Shown: positions 35,225-45,468, counted from the stretch's first letter. The stretch: 64,000 nucleotides of DNA from an uncultured Rivularia sp. (GCA_963665115.1 OY762007.1:4224001-4288000); one strand, 5' to 3'. Program-made: numbers and translations. Notes: generated by a model from the sequence alone, not told the origin.

Positions 35225-35937
35225 GTACGGATGATGGTTCCAAAAATATAGAAGAAAAACCAAAAACTCCGGATGATTTACTTGCTCAAGCTTTGAAGGG
35301 GAAGAGTGAAGAGTTTAAGCAACGAGTAGTGGATTTCGCTTTTAGAAGTGGCTTATCAAAAGATGACCCATTATTTCTGGTACTGGTTGCAACGGGACAA
35401 TTGGAAGCAATGTTGCAGGATGCACCAGAAACATTAAAAGTACTTTTTAAAACTTGGAATCAAGATTTAGCAAATAATTTAGAGAAGGTAGAACAAGTTG
35501 CTGTTCAAAGACAGAAAGTAGCAATTAACCGAGCAGCACAGGCTTTGATTCATGAATCTTTGGTGCGTGAAGGTCGAAATATCATCAATTCTATTTATCC
35601 AGCTGCTATTGTATTCTTTCTGATTTTTGGGGCGGGTTTCATTGGTGGAGTTACGATACCACCTTGGATTGTTGGTGTGTTAGGGAAGGGATATACCTTG
35701 GTGAAATCAAATACTTTGACTTGGAACGAGTTGAACGCGATGAAGTGGGCAATGTCGAGTGAAGGTAAATTTGCGAAAAATTTGATTGATTGGAATCGCG
35801 GTTATTTAGACAATAAGGAATGTATCAAGGATGCTCAAAAATTGGGTGTAGTTTTATCGCAATACAACCGCAAAGCAAAGTCAGGATTTTGTACCATTTG
35901 GGTGGTTCCGGCAGGTAAACGTAAATTTGGTTCTTGA
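35221..35937 (+). CDS. DUF6753-like mobilisation-associated membrane protein
   Basis: GLSKDDPLFLVLVATGQL, TM segment, WAMSSEGKFAKNL; coupled to the upstream ATPase. Confidence 0.6.
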   Translation: MSTDDGSKNIEEKPKTPDDLLAQALKGKSEEFKQRVVDFAFRSGLSKDDPLFLVLVATGQLEAMLQDAPETLKVLFKTWNQDLANNLEKVEQVAVQRQKVAINRAAQALIHESLVREGRNIINSIYPAAIVFFLIFGAGFIGGVTIPPWIVGVLGKGYTLVKSNTLTWNELNAMKWAMSSEGKFAKNLIDWNRGYLDNKECIKDAQKLGVVLSQYNRKAKSGFCTIWVVPAGKRKFGS

Positions 35938-35940
35938 ACC

Positions 35941-36269
35941 CAAACAATAAAGTTCTAAACTAAGACGTAAATTCGTAAACTAGGTCGTAAAGTTATAAAC
36001 TAACTGTCACATATAGGAATCGGGGTTAGATTTGGAGAAAGAATCTTGAACTATAACTTTTGAGACTTGTTAACCGTTTTTTAGTAAAACCTTTGAGTGC
36101 TTTAAATTAACAAGCAATGTGACAGTTTGGAACTTTATTGTTTGCAGTTTCTTACTAACCAGCAGTTTTACACCCACACAGTTTACAACTTTCTTTTTTT
36201 GCTCTTTGTAAATGTCAACGTAATATCAAGGCTTTCGGATATTTGTCAGTTTACAACTTTATTGTTTGC
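35941..36269. repeat. Cluster of six AAAGTT-TAAACT-type repeats, three direct and three inverted
   Basis: 20-bp period at 35948/35968/35988; inverted copies at about 36124, 36180 and 36248. Confidence 0.7.
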
Positions 36270-36348
36270 TTACACACCTTGAGCTTAAATCATCATCGCA
36301 AAAACGCTTATGGAAGATTTACCACAAGCGTAATAACTAAATCCCAGA

Positions 36349-36555
36349 CTAAAACTCTTCACCATCATCAGTCCAAGGAGTCTCTAGCATTTTTCTTTCA
36401 TATAAAGCAATTGCCTCTTTCTCTTTCTCATCTTGTGGGTCATAAAAATCATCGTAATTTGCATATCCCTCGCTCAGAAGTTCTTCAGGGGTCATCGATG
36501 CCATTACCTGGTATCTACTTATTTTTGGTTTCTGATTCATTGGCTGTTGATTCAT
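36349..36555 (-). CDS. Small acidic protein divergent from the polymerase gene
   Basis: 68-aa ORF with ACAGG RBS-like sequence; D/E-rich. Confidence 0.55.
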   Translation of the reverse strand: MNQQPMNQKPKISRYQVMASMTPEELLSEGYANYDDFYDPQDEKEKEAIALYERKMLETPWTDDGEEF

Positions 36556-36659
36556 CTGTCTAACCTGTTAACTGATAACAATATTTATTCTAAATGTGAA
36601 AAACAAATTGTGTATTGCTCTGATTGTTAACAATTGTTCTTTCCTCTTTTTATAGCGCT

Positions 36660-39600
36660 ATGGTTATAAAACTCAATCATTTCGATACTAAGACAAAGCA
36701 AGATACCGGAATTGAGGAAAAATTAGAGAATACGCTAGCAGAATACTTATTTCCTGGTGTTGAGTTTCGCATTGGCACTGCTTACCCTGAAGCCACTATT
36801 CCACAAGATTTAGAAGAACACAATGGAATGACTCTACAGTTCTCGGCTCGTAAAAGAATGTATTTTGCAAACGATCCAGATGTACGCTCATTACTCTACC
36901 CAAACCCTTCTGATGGTGCTGCTTATCCTCTACCATTTACACCTTGTCGAAGTTTTCACGAGTTGCATAATATTAGGATACTGGTAATTGATGATGTAAC
37001 GGGAGATTCAGGTGGAATTATTGCTACGAGTGATGCCAAAAAATTAGTTGGTGATTGTAAAGGCTTAATAGATAAAGATTTTGCCTCCTCGAACAATATA
37101 GAACCGCGTGCTTTTCAATTCAGACTTGGTATCAGACCTCAAAAACAAAGCCATGTGATGCGAATTGCTAAAGGTACGCTTGCACCCGAAAGACTAGATA
37201 AATTAGGAGAATCGAAATTACAGATAAGCGGTAGCGCTAGAAAAGGTACTATTAGAACCAGAACTGGATATGATATGGTACTGGCTACTTCTTCTTTTAA
37301 AGGTAGAAAAGGAGAAGACGCTATCAAACCTGGAGAATACCTATTTGATATAGGTTTAGGTGTTAAATCAGTCGCTCAATACAGACAACATAGTTTAGGA
37401 ACCCAGATTTTAGTTAATTATCCTCGCGCTGTCAAAGAAGAAATCTTACCAATTCTGAAGCAGCAAGCAGAAGAATTAGCATCATCACAAAAAAGTCCCA
37501 GGGAATTAGCCCAAAAATACGTTGAAAACTACGAACACCGCAAAGCACTTTTAGAAGATATTAAGAAGGAAACTATTACGGAAACAGATGAAAAATTATC
37601 AGAAAAACTAGCTATATTAGATTGCTTTTGTTGTAATACTGAAGATGAAGAAATTAACCAAGAAGAAGAATTAAGCGCAGAGCAAAAAGACTTATTAATC
37701 TATTCTTTATTAAAAGTAGATTTAAACAATTTTTGTCAACTAATTGAACATCCTAAAATCGTAGCCGAACTGCAAGAATTCGCTCGTAAAGAATGGGTTG
37801 ATATTGCTACCGGACGTTCAATAAAGTTTATGTCGGGTTTAGCTCAACCTAATTTAGATTTACAGGAAGATGAAATCTGTATTCCATATTTGAAAGAAGG
37901 TTTAGAAATTATAGTAACTCGTTCGCCTTTAATTAATTCAAATGGCGTAATTACCTTAAATAATAAACATTTACCGAAAATGCTATCGGGATGCGTTTAT
38001 ATAAATCCTAAAACAGCAATGGATAATATGCAGTGCGATTTCGATGGTGATTTACTAGCTTTTGCATCGAGTGAAGAGTTTCCAATAATGACAGAAGAAG
38101 TCAAACAAAAGAATTTACCTGTAAATAAGTACCCTGATATTGTCAAAAAAGAAAAAGTTCCCTATCAAGGAAGTTTTCCTGAAATTGCTGTTTCTGCGAT
38201 GGAAAATAAAATTGGGATTATTGCTAATGAAATTCAAAAAAATATTGCCCTTCGGTGTGAAATTGATGAATTACCGCAATCCATAAAAGTCGAATATATA
38301 CAAAAAGTTTCAACACATTTAAATTATATTTTATCAAAGCATAGTCATACAACTTTACAACTTCCAGAAGACAGATTAAATAGAATATATCAAATTGCTC
38401 GTACTGGTAATACATCTTTAGATACAAATCAAGTTGATATACAACTTCAATCCTTTAAAAAATTATTAAAAGATTATGTTTCAGAACTTAGTAACGAATT
38501 ACAAGTTGCTACTGACGGAGCTAAAAGTGCATTGCGACCTGATAATAATATTATTCAACATTGTCAAGTAGTAACTAGTTATAAAGAAGTAGAATGGCTG
38601 GCTGATAAGAAAAATACGGAAGCTTTTACTAATAAAGGTATGGCTACAAATGGTTTGAGTCCAATTGATTTAATGATTCAACAAACAAATCGAATATTTG
38701 AAGAAAACCAAATTATAGCTAGACCTATTGAACAATTTAGAAATCTTTATCCTACAATTGAATTTACCTCCGAACACAAACAGCAAGCTCAAAATATTAG
38801 ACATAAATATAATTCTTTAATAAAAGAACGTATTGAATTACAGGAAAGAAAAAAGATAGAACCGGGTGCTTATATAGTTATTAGTTCTCCAATAAGCGGA
38901 CGCAAATTAGAAGTTACTAATTTAATTAAATATGACATATCCAAAGATACTGAATTTTGGAATGCAACAGAACTTAGTATCACGATAAAACCAAGACAAC
39001 CTACTTTAAAATTACCCCATCCTTTATCTGCCTGTATTCAATATCAGACTCCTGAAGGTGTAAATAGAATTAAACCCATTGGCACAATTAGTATGAAATC
39101 AATGGCAGAAAATAATCTTAAACCTGGAATGACAATAAAACAAGGTAAAGTTGAATTTTACTTTGGAATTAGTCATAGTATGATTGATGCTTTGAAGCAG
39201 CAAACTCTTGAATACGTCGAGTCAATTAGAAATAGCACTCCGGATAATGAAAAGCTACAGCTAGCAGCTGCAATTCATGATATTAGTCATACCGAAGAAA
39301 ATAAAAATTATGTAGGACTAAAAAAGGCAGGTGTGGCGTTTTCTATATTTATCGACGAAGTTATAGGTCAATTAAATCAGTTACAGTTTACCCAAATGAG
39401 AGTGCTTGGTACTCAGTTCAATCATTATGCTAATCAAAACTTTGCTGGTGAAAAAGTCCCAATAAAATTTGAAAATGGAATTAATCCTCGTGCCCCCAAT
39501 CAAACTGCGCGTTGGATAATAGTAGAAGGTAAAAAACTCGGTACTATCAATGGTTCTTCCCCTCATTTACTTGCTGGGTGTGAAGCAATTGCTAGCATCA

Positions 39601-40457
39601 ATTCTCTTTCCAGTAAAAGCGTAGTTATTACTAGTTCAAAAAATCCCGATAATAAATTGCAGATTGATAAGGTTAATAAATATGCTTTTAAATCTAATCA
39701 GTGGCAGAATGAAGAAGCGAATATTGCTTTAGCTATAGGACAAACTAACCCTAGGGGCGCACCAACTGTTTTCGCAAAAGTAGATAATAAAATATTAGGA
39801 ACCGTTAATAAAAAATCAGTCAAATTTTTACAAGAAAAACTTAACGCTGTTGGTAAATCAATCCAGGGATTTACGTTTTCTGGTACTTTAAAAAATGCTC
39901 CTGCTAGCTATGCGGATATTATAATTGACCCCTCGACCGTAAAATTTCCACAAATTGAAACTAGCTCACAACAGGATAATAAAAGCTTGATTGAAAGTAA
40001 TGAGCCTGTTTGCACTGTTTTATTTTTTGAAGCATCTGTAGATAGTAAGTTTCAACAGAAAACAGAGCAAATAATGGCTAATATGCTTAAACGGGCTGTT
40101 GAACGTGCGGTGGAGTTAGGTTACTCCAAGGTACAGTTTGTTGATGTTTCTACAAATACCACAGAGTCTTCAGCTTTAAGAACTGTTGAACAACTTACGG
40201 CTGAACACAAAGATATTAAAGTTGATTTTATAGGTGGTGCGTCCGTAGAAGATGCAATTGGACTGATGAAGAAACCAACAGATATTGTAATTGGGATAAA
40301 AAATACTCAAACCATTGGCATGATTGATTTTGTCGCTGCTCAAGGAAAGGCGATCGCCACTTACAATCCCCAAACACAGAAATTTGATAGACGGAATTTA
40401 CCTGCTCCGAGAAAGACTGCTGAAATAACTAAAGATATTGAACGCGACGAACGTTGA
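36660..40457 (+). CDS. Single-subunit two-barrel RNA polymerase (eukaryotic RdRP/YonO-like) with C-terminal SLOG-like domain
   Basis: Ordered motifs GDCKGLI, AFQFR, AKG, SSFKG, LGTQIL, VTRSP, CDFDGD (38037-38051), IGIIAN, VATDGAKS. Confidence 0.82.
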   Translation: MVIKLNHFDTKTKQDTGIEEKLENTLAEYLFPGVEFRIGTAYPEATIPQDLEEHNGMTLQFSARKRMYFANDPDVRSLLYPNPSDGAAYPLPFTPCRSFHELHNIRILVIDDVTGDSGGIIATSDAKKLVGDCKGLIDKDFASSNNIEPRAFQFRLGIRPQKQSHVMRIAKGTLAPERLDKLGESKLQISGSARKGTIRTRTGYDMVLATSSFKGRKGEDAIKPGEYLFDIGLGVKSVAQYRQHSLGTQILVNYPRAVKEEILPILKQQAEELASSQKSPRELAQKYVENYEHRKALLEDIKKETITETDEKLSEKLAILDCFCCNTEDEEINQEEELSAEQKDLLIYSLLKVDLNNFCQLIEHPKIVAELQEFARKEWVDIATGRSIKFMSGLAQPNLDLQEDEICIPYLKEGLEIIVTRSPLINSNGVITLNNKHLPKMLSGCVYINPKTAMDNMQCDFDGDLLAFASSEEFPIMTEEVKQKNLPVNKYPDIVKKEKVPYQGSFPEIAVSAMENKIGIIANEIQKNIALRCEIDELPQSIKVEYIQKVSTHLNYILSKHSHTTLQLPEDRLNRIYQIARTGNTSLDTNQVDIQLQSFKKLLKDYVSELSNELQVATDGAKSALRPDNNIIQHCQVVTSYKEVEWLADKKNTEAFTNKGMATNGLSPIDLMIQQTNRIFEENQIIARPIEQFRNLYPTIEFTSEHKQQAQNIRHKYNSLIKERIELQERKKIEPGAYIVISSPISGRKLEVTNLIKYDISKDTEFWNATELSITIKPRQPTLKLPHPLSACIQYQTPEGVNRIKPIGTISMKSMAENNLKPGMTIKQGKVEFYFGISHSMIDALKQQTLEYVESIRNSTPDNEKLQLAAAIHDISHTEENKNYVGLKKAGVAFSIFIDEVIGQLNQLQFTQMRVLGTQFNHYANQNFAGEKVPIKFENGINPRAPNQTARWIIVEGKKLGTINGSSPHLLAGCEAIASINSLSSKSVVITSSKNPDNKLQIDKVNKYAFKSNQWQNEEANIALAIGQTNPRGAPTVFAKVDNKILGTVNKKSVKFLQEKLNAVGKSIQGFTFSGTLKNAPASYADIIIDPSTVKFPQIETSSQQDNKSLIESNEPVCTVLFFEASVDSKFQQKTEQIMANMLKRAVERAVELGYSKVQFVDVSTNTTESSALRTVEQLTAEHKDIKVDFIGGASVEDAIGLMKKPTDIVIGIKNTQTIGMIDFVAAQGKAIATYNPQTQKFDRRNLPAPRKTAEITKDIERDER

Positions 40458-40492
40458 ATTTGTATCAACCTATAACAACGGATTAGCGTAAA

Positions 40493-42310
40493 ATGACAAT
40501 GCTTTTTGATATCGAGCAATATCACCATCGGGATTCACAACATCACAAAGGTGACTGGGATGGTGTAAAGTACGATTCTGCTTGGGATGATGGTTCTGCT
40601 TTTCCACAAATTAACCATAAAACTTCTTCAAAAGAAACAGCACGTAGTAAGAAAACAGACTGTTGGTATACCCCACCTCATATTATTGAATTAGTTATCC
40701 AGGTTTTGGGAGAAATAACTCTTGACCCTTGCGCCGATGATGGACGACATATAAGAGCAGCAAAGCATTATACCTTTGATGACGATGGGTTGAAGCAGCC
40801 TTGGTACGGGAAAGTTTATATGAACCCTCCGTACTCACATCCTGGTCTTTGGATGAAGAAGCTGCAACTAGAATTTGAAACGGGTAATGTGGATGAAGCA
40901 ATTGCTCTTGTACCTGCTGCTACCGATACCAATTGGTTATCTCCGGTTTTGAAAACTCAACCTGTATGTTTTTGGAAGGGGAGAATTAAGTTTTTAGGTC
41001 AAGATTATCAACCAAAATTATCTGCAAGACAGTCTCATGTGTTGGTTTATTGGGGTAACAATTGGCAGAAATTTAGGGAAGTATTTGAAGACTATGGAGT
41101 GGTATATTTCCCAATTCCCCCTGTTGATAATAACGAGGTGCTAGGGGAAAACATATCACTTAACAATTCCCCTAGCACCCGGATGGAAGATAAGAGCCAA
41201 ACCCTTGATAATAGTTCATCAACATCAAATCTTTCAAATGCTCAACTAAGTAATGATGACCAGGTGCTAGGGGGAAATATATCACCTAACAATTACCCTA
41301 GCACCCAGATAGAAGATAACAGCCAAACCCTTGATAGTAGTTCATCAACATCAATTCTTTCAAATACTCAAATAAGTAATGATAACCAGGTGCTAGGGGG
41401 AAATATATCACTTAACAATTCCCCTAGCACCCGGATGGAAGATAAGAGCCAAACCCTTGATAATAGCTCATCGACATCAATTCTTTTAAATACTCAAATA
41501 AGTAATGATGACCAGGTGCTAGGGGAAAACATATCACCTAACAATTCCCCTAGCAACCGAATAGAAGATAATAGCCAAACCCTTGGTAATAATTCATCAA
41601 CATCAATTCTTTCAAATACTCAAGTAAGTAATGATAACCAGGAGAAGCGGGAAAACATATCACCTAACAATTCCCCTAGCACCCGAATAGAAGATGGAAG
41701 CCAAACCCTTGATAGTAGTTCTTCAACATCAAATCTTTCAAATACTCAAGTAGGTAATGATAATCAGGTGCTAGGGGGAAATATATCACTCAACAATTCC
41801 CCTAGCACCCGAATAGAAGATGGAAGCCAAACCCTTGATAATAGTTCTTCAACATCAAATCTTTCAAATGCTCAAGTAAGTAATGATAACCAGGTGCTAG
41901 GGGGAAATATATTACCTAACAATTCCCCTAGCACCCGGATAGAAGATGAAAGTCAAACCCTTGTTAATAGTTCATCAAAATTAAGTCATGCAAATACTCA
42001 ACTAAGTAATGATGACCAGGTGCTAGGGGGAAATATATCACTAAATAATCCCCCTAGCACCTATCGTAAACGCGGTGAGGGCAGCGGTAATATTTCATGG
42101 GGTTATGCAAATGCTAATAGCACTAAAAAGAAACCAGTCAAACAGCTTTATTTCGAGTGGGAATATAGGGGTAAAAGAGGAAAGACTTATGTGCGATCGC
42201 ACTTCTTCGAGCAAGTTATTTCAATGAATGAAGCGAAAGTTCCAGTTGTAGTGATATTGAAATTATTAACTTACAATCCAAAAGTAGCGGGTGCTTTGGG
42301 TCTTAATTAG
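40493..42310 (+). CDS. Phage Dam-like N6-adenine DNA methyltransferase with 42-aa repeats and a basic C-terminal domain
   Basis: WYTP, LDPCA, VYMNPPYS, LVPAATDTNW, GRIKF. Confidence 0.85.
   Translation: MTMLFDIEQYHHRDSQHHKGDWDGVKYDSAWDDGSAFPQINHKTSSKETARSKKTDCWYTPPHIIELVIQVLGEITLDPCADDGRHIRAAKHYTFDDDGLKQPWYGKVYMNPPYSHPGLWMKKLQLEFETGNVDEAIALVPAATDTNWLSPVLKTQPVCFWKGRIKFLGQDYQPKLSARQSHVLVYWGNNWQKFREVFEDYGVVYFPIPPVDNNEVLGENISLNNSPSTRMEDKSQTLDNSSSTSNLSNAQLSNDDQVLGGNISPNNYPSTQIEDNSQTLDSSSSTSILSNTQISNDNQVLGGNISLNNSPSTRMEDKSQTLDNSSSTSILLNTQISNDDQVLGENISPNNSPSNRIEDNSQTLGNNSSTSILSNTQVSNDNQEKRENISPNNSPSTRIEDGSQTLDSSSSTSNLSNTQVGNDNQVLGGNISLNNSPSTRIEDGSQTLDNSSSTSNLSNAQVSNDNQVLGGNILPNNSPSTRIEDESQTLVNSSSKLSHANTQLSNDDQVLGGNISLNNPPSTYRKRGEGSGNISWGYANANSTKKKPVKQLYFEWEYRGKRGKTYVRSHFFEQVISMNEAKVPVVVILKLLTYNPKVAGALGLN
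41137..42061. repeat. 126-bp tandem array (8 units), each with an 11-bp-arm inverted repeat
   Basis: ggtgctagggg-N21-cccctagcacc at 41137, 41263, 41389, 41515, 41641 (degenerate left arm), 41767, 41893, 42019. Confidence 0.92.
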
Positions 42311-42339
42311 CTATCTTTTTTCATTTATCAACCTTTGCC

Positions 42340-43075
42340 TCAATTGCGTATATCTTTCCTGAGATTTTCTTGAGCGGACACACATACCAATAGCTTTCTT
42401 ACTCCCAACAATAATCGCCAACATATAGCATGAGTTAATCCTGTATAAAGCAAATTCCTGTTCAACATAACAAAATGTTGCGAGTACAATGGCAACAATA
42501 CAACAGGATATTCCGAACCCTGGGATTTGTGAATGCTAACGCTCCAAGCCAAAGCCAGTTCGTTTAAATCAGCATAATCGTAAATAACTTCGCGTTCTTG
42601 GAACTTGACAATTACTTCCTGTTCTTCGGTGTCAATATGAATAATAAAATCCATATCACCGTTAAAAACTTCCCGTTGGTAATAGGAAGGTTAATTGAAT
42701 TACCCTATCCCCTACTCGAAAAATTATTCCGCCTCTAGTTACTTCAACCTTCTGGGGGACTAGGAGGATTAATGAGTTTTTGCAGTACGTTGTTAAGATT
42801 GCGCGTACCTACCAAGCCGTTTCAACAGCTTGATGTTGTTCGGGTGATAGCGAAACTTTACGGCTTTGGCTAAAACGTTCTAACCAAGTATGAACACGGG
42901 GAATGTCGGGATTAATGGGTTGATGTAAACGAGAAAGTATAAGTTGCGCTAGGTTTTGTTCGGTGTGGAAGAAGGTTGGTTTGTAACGACGAGCAATGTA
43001 GATTCAGCATCACGTTCTCTAATTAATTCATCCGAGCGCGACATATCACAGATGACTTTTGTTAATCCATCCTCA
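42340..43075 (-). pseudogene. recD2: RecD2-like SF1 helicase remnant with internal deletion and 5' truncation
   Basis: ELIRERD..YKPTFFHTEQ..LSPEQHQAVETA is joined directly to GTRNLNNVLQ..FRVGDRVIQ..VFNGD..SIHKSQGSEYP..NLLYTGLT; the Walker A region is missing. Confidence 0.8.
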
Positions 43076-43999
43076 TACAAAGACGTTGCTCTTTCTCCCG
43101 CACCTTTAGATGTCACCATGCGTCGGGCTGGGGTAATGATGAAACCATATTTTACTCTCACTCGAAATTATTACCCTAAAAACAATAACTTCTTTTATGC
43201 TGCTCACTGGTGGCATCCAGCGGTTTATGAGTCAATGATGATCGGTGGAAATGACTCAGAGCAAGACAAAATGCTCAACCAAATGGAAGACGTATTTCAG
43301 TCGGAGGTAATTCCTAATCCACCAATGAGAATGTTGCTGACTCGTGAAGGTGCGCCGCGCTATAGCCGTTTATCTCCAGAAACTGCGAATGTTTTCGACA
43401 ATCTACATATGCTCCACGGTATTACCTACGATATCTTTGCCTACGACGGTTGGACAGTTGAGCAAAAGCGAGCCGAACTTTATCGCGTGCTTAAAGCTCT
43501 AGGCTATCAACATCATCGAGTTAATCATCATCATCGAGTTACTACACCCAAACCCAATTTTAATCCTTTAGCTTACGATGAGTGGGCTAAAAGTGCTGAT
43601 GGCTCAATAACGCGGATGATGATGGAAATGATGCAAGAAATGATGCCAATGATGCACGCTTCGATGAATTCGGGAATGCGATCGCCAATGCAGAGGAATA
43701 TGAATGGTGGAATGAGCCAAGAAATGCATCAAAAAATGATGGCGCAGTTAAAAATGAAATTAACTCCCGGTATTCAGTCAGGGGAAATTCCCGGCTCTTG
43801 GATGGATGCAATGAAAGTTTTGATGCCAAATATGAAAATGTCAGCGGAAGCAATGCAGCCAGGAAAAATTAATCCGATGATGGTAGAAGCCATGCTCAAG
43901 GGTTGGCAAGAAAAATACGGTAATTTGCCCGATATCGAATCTATATCAATGGATACCGAACCCTCTGCACAAGATATTTTGGCACAAACCCAAAAGTAA
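43076..43999 (+). pseudogene. 5'-truncated Met/His-rich metal-binding protein
   Basis: AHWWH, HMLHG and a very Met-rich C-terminus; the first ~40 codons of the called ORF are antisense recD2. Confidence 0.6.
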
Positions 44000-44034
44000 A
44001 ATCTCTTTTCTTAAATTACACAATCTATACATTT

Positions 44035-44815
44035 ATGAATATACAGAAATTGAAATGTACAGGTATCATAGCTGGATTATTTTTAGGATTAACAGCGATT
44101 ATTTCTTTTCCTAAAACTGCTCAAGCTGCCGACCATTTAAACTTAGAAGAAGGATTACCAACGGAAGTTGAAGATGCTTACCCCATACCCTACAAAGGTA
44201 TCGAATTACAAGGAGTCACCAAATATGACCGGATTAACGGCAAAGATAGTTTTGTCATTGAACCGCGTGTAGAATACGCTATCGCTCCTAATACTCAAGC
44301 TACAATCTCGGTTCCTTTTCAATTTGGTTCCGCAGAAGATGATGGTATTAGTGATGTGGGAATAGAATTTTTGTACAACTTCAATGCCGAATCTTTGAAA
44401 ACTCCTGAAGAAAGCAGTTTCTGTTGGTGCGAATGCTCCTTATTGTGAAGGTAGTGCTGGAGTTGTGTGTAGAGTTAAGTTAATTATGACCAAAACCTTG
44501 GGTGCTGGAGCTAATCTAGATAGACTTCATCTCAATGTTGGTTATACCTTTAACGATGCAAAGAAGAATGATGAAAGAAGAAATGTTGTTAAAGCGGTTG
44601 CAGGTTACAGTCGTCGTTTGGGTTCGTCCACTATATTGGTGACGGATTTTGTTTACGAACAAGAAAAAGAAGATAGTGTTGATGCTTATATTTTAGCTGC
44701 CGGTATTCGTCAACAAGCTACACCGATTACAGTTTGGTCTGTTGGTGCTGGAGTTGGATTAAGTGATGATTCTCCAGATTTTAGAATTACGGGTGGAATT
44801 CAGCAGTCTTTGTAA
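44035..44815 (+). CDS. Secreted beta-barrel/transporter-like protein (frameshift near 44408)
   Basis: Signal peptide AQA-ADH, alternating beta strands, HLNVGY, C-terminal GGIQQSL. Confidence 0.55.
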
Positions 44816-44970
44816 TTATAGATATTTTCCGAACGGCTGCAACTACTTTACTACTGCACAATTAATGCATTGGGTGGGCTTTTCCATAAGTCCACCCTTT
44901 CACAATGCCAGAAAAATATATCTTTTTTTACTTGTACTCTTAAACTATTCATATTTAACAAAGTTTGTAG

Positions 44971-45450
44971 TTAACTTAAAATTGCTTGCTTGAGCTTTTC
45001 TCGCAGTTGGTTAAGTACTTTCACCGCAACCTGTAACTCTTCTGCGTTCATATCTTCGGCAAGTATTTCGGCTGCTTGAGCATTTTTAAAAGTAAAGTCC
45101 TCAAATAATGTTTCTCCTTTCGCAGTTATGACTAACAGCTTTGATGTTTTATGCGCTGGATTATCAACCGACTCAATCAAACCTTCTTTTATCATTTCAT
45201 TGGCTAATTTCTGAATACCTTGACGGGAAACAGGACGAGAACGAGCGATTTGAGCGACTGTCTGCGCTCCTTCGTTTTTTAAACTATTTAGCATTCCCCA
45301 ATAACTACCCGATGATTTTATCGTTCCCATACGTTTACCTCCTTCCCGCAACAAGAAATAAGTGTAGGTTGTCTCGATAAAAAGTTCTTCCATCGCTTTT
45401 CCTGCCTGGGTTCTGGCCACGGGCTTGTCTTTCATTGCCAACACTCCCAA
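44971..45450 (-). CDS. MarR family regulator
   Basis: TVAQIARSRPVSRQGIQK, NPAHKTSKL..T.KG. Confidence 0.85.
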   Translation of the reverse strand: MGVLAMKDKPVARTQAGKAMEELFIETTYTYFLLREGGKRMGTIKSSGSYWGMLNSLKNEGAQTVAQIARSRPVSRQGIQKLANEMIKEGLIESVDNPAHKTSKLLVITAKGETLFEDFTFKNAQAAEILAEDMNAEELQVAVKVLNQLREKLKQAILS

Positions 45451-45468
45451 TCAAATTTCATTAACTGT

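Noticed and set aside
36660..40457. Host RpoC1/beta' subunit
   Set aside because: It lacks NADFDGD and the other beta' blocks; the flanking motifs match the RdRP/YonO type and the context is a mobile element.
41137..42061. CRISPR array
   Set aside because: The inter-palindrome segments are near-identical rather than unique, the array is in frame inside a CDS, and there are no cas genes.
42956..43075. N-terminus of the 347-aa ORF
   Set aside because: It is the antisense strand of the recD2 remnant.
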